Source: Candidatus Hermodarchaeota archaeon (GTDB lineage: Archaea > Asgardarchaeota > Hermodarchaeia > Hermodarchaeales > Hermodarchaeaceae). From it: 18,130 nucleotides of DNA. The position numbers and the translations under genes are program-made. This document shows positions 16,650 through 18,130 of this stretch, piece by piece (position 1 is the first letter of the stretch; every line of letters begins with the position of its first letter). Under the pieces are notes generated by a model that was not told the DNA's origin, did no database searches, and worked only from the letters and a program-made list of their open reading frames with translations. The stretch covers positions 1 to 18,130 of the forward strand of contig JAEOUH010000080.1 in the NCBI GenBank assembly GCA_016839365.1, written 5' to 3'.

Positions 16650-17429
16650 ATGGAGTTCCGGGTTGCCTGTGCACAGATGAATATCGCCCTTGGGAATAAA
16701 GAGGCAAACCTTGAAACCGCCGTGTCTATGATAAAGGAAGCCGCAATGCGGAAAGTTGACCTAATTCTGCTACCAGAGCTATTCACTACAGGATATTGCC
16801 TGGACAAAGCGGATAGCCTTGCAGAACCTCCAAACGGCCATTCAATTCAATTACTTCGGGATTTAGCCGGTCGCTTTCGTATTTTCATTATTGCAGGCAG
16901 TATTTTAGAAAAACGAGGCCAACAGCTCTTTAACACTTGCCATTTAATTGGGAAAGACGGTAAGCTACTTGGTTTCTACGACAAAGTGCATTTATTTCCT
17001 CCCTTCCAAGAACATCAGTATCTTTCCGCGGGGTCTGATACTTCCATATTCAAAACTGAGCTTGGTCTCTTCGGAGTCATTATTTGTTTTGATTTGCGCT
17101 TTCCAGAAATTACAAGGCAGTTAGCCCTCAACGGAGCACAGGTCATTTTTTGTCCAGCTGAATTCCCTGCTGAAAGGATAGCTGTATGGGCGACATTATT
17201 ACGGGCAAGGGCGATTGAGAATCAGCTATTTGTTGTTGGTTGTAACCGTGTCGGAAGTGATGGTAAGCACCTTTATGGAGGAAGAAGTGCAATCATCAAT
17301 CCAGCGGGGAAAACCTTAGCTCAAGGTGATGAAGAACCTAAATTGATTGAGACAACATTGAACCTCGAAGAGATTGATACCGTCCGTAAGAGTTTGCCAA
17401 TAATCAAGCTCCGTCGCCTTGAGTGTTGA
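16650..17429 (+). CDS. Carbon-nitrogen hydrolase (nitrilase superfamily; omega-amidase/Nit-like)
   Basis: Glu-Lys-Cys triad in LPELF, YDKVHLF and ICFDLRFPE; also RARAIENQ and NRVG. Confidence 0.94.
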   Translation: MEFRVACAQMNIALGNKEANLETAVSMIKEAAMRKVDLILLPELFTTGYCLDKADSLAEPPNGHSIQLLRDLAGRFRIFIIAGSILEKRGQQLFNTCHLIGKDGKLLGFYDKVHLFPPFQEHQYLSAGSDTSIFKTELGLFGVIICFDLRFPEITRQLALNGAQVIFCPAEFPAERIAVWATLLRARAIENQLFVVGCNRVGSDGKHLYGGRSAIINPAGKTLAQGDEEPKLIETTLNLEEIDTVRKSLPIIKLRRLEC

Positions 17430-17492
17430 ATCACCAAATAGTGTGAATTCTTAACGAAAAATCGAAATTCTGTTCAGACTTAATGGGTGTAT

Positions 17493-18130
17493 TCAGGCTA
17501 GTTCGGAACGGCGTTTGATGTATTTTTCACGAAGGCGCTGATAGGTTTCTTCTTCAACGCCTCCTGCACGTTTACGTTGTTCCAACCGAGCAAGGAGTTC
17601 ATCGATTGCCTGCAATTCAGATGTTGCCTCCTCTGTAGAAATCGAGCCATCTCTTGTATTGGCGTGAGAAGTTTCTACACTAGTTGTCTGTAAACTAGTT
17701 TCCGAGTCTGATGTAGTATCGGCATTGGAGGCTGAGACCGTAATCCCGTTCTTTTCAAGTTGCTCTTCAAGCTTGGCCATTTCAAGTTCTATTGCATCAA
17801 GTTGCTCCTGAACCTGTTGGTCCATTTCATCAGCTTCATCAGGCGATGTACGACGAGCTCTAAGGTACTGTGAACTTGAGGCTGCACTCTGAAGCGAATG
17901 CGATGGTTCAGAATTAGATGAATTTGTCATAGTAGCAGTACTTGCTACTGCACTTGGTTCAACTACTATTGTTTCAAGCTGCGCAGCACGTTTGTCTCGC
18001 CTAATTCGTGGCTTTGGACGTGCAGTTTCCATTGGCTGCCCCGAAGCAGATCGAGCGCCTTGAGGTGGTCGACGAGAGGGACCATTAATGAGCTCAGGGG
18101 TTGTGCGACGATCGAGTAAAAGACTAGCAA
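17493..18130 (-). CDS. C-terminal part of a larger hypothetical protein: disordered Ser/Thr-rich segments, a coiled coil and a SHOCT-like terminal helical hairpin
   Basis: The frame is open from the window end (ASLLLDRRTTPELINGPSRRPPQGARSASGQP) into the tracked 179-aa ORF. Ends in LEQRKRAGGVEEETYQRLREKY. Confidence 0.75.
   Translation of the reverse strand, partial: ASLLLDRRTTPELINGPSRRPPQGARSASGQPMETARPKPRIRRDKRAAQLETIVVEPSAVASTATMTNSSNSEPSHSLQSAASSSQYLRARRTSPDEADEMDQQVQEQLDAIELEMAKLEEQLEKNGITVSASNADTTSDSETSLQTTSVETSHANTRDGSISTEEATSELQAIDELLARLEQRKRAGGVEEETYQRLREKYIKRRSELA

Noticed and set aside
1-18130. tRNA, rRNA, CRISPR arrays, IS/integrase, selenocysteine readthrough
   Set aside because: Intergenic gaps are short and show no such structures, and no recognised gene looks truncated at a TGA. 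Checked by eye only.

Overview
Archaeal chromosomal window, most likely from an Asgard archaeon. This is inferred from a Roadblock/LC7 protein with an acidic tail, an Rpn11/CSN5-style JAMM protein, a divergent Orc1/Cdc6 paralog, an archaeal-type SAM synthetase, Tes, and TATA-like/GGTG-type signals. It is gene-dense with about 18 CDS. Recognisable products are a SEC11-type signal peptidase (partial), SAM synthetase, an ASH-Ski2/COG1202 helicase, a JAMM protease, a Roadblock protein, an Orc1/Cdc6-like AAA+, DUF99, tetraether lipid synthase Tes, a CdrS-like RHH regulator, a Nudix hydrolase, inositol-3-phosphate synthase and a C-N hydrolase; the rest are unknowns. I saw no rRNA, tRNA, CRISPR array or mobile element. 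Best leads: (1) a catalytically intact JAMM isopeptidase with a C-terminal membrane anchor; (2) tes divergent from an orphan CdrS-like RHH, with a perfect 9-bp inverted repeat bracketing the tes TATA box, inside a possible lipid neighbourhood (tes, Nudix, ino1, polytopic membrane protein); (3) an Orc1/Cdc6 paralog with all main ATPase motifs altered, preceded by an ORB-like palindrome plus G-string. All family calls come from motif recognition by eye, not database searches.
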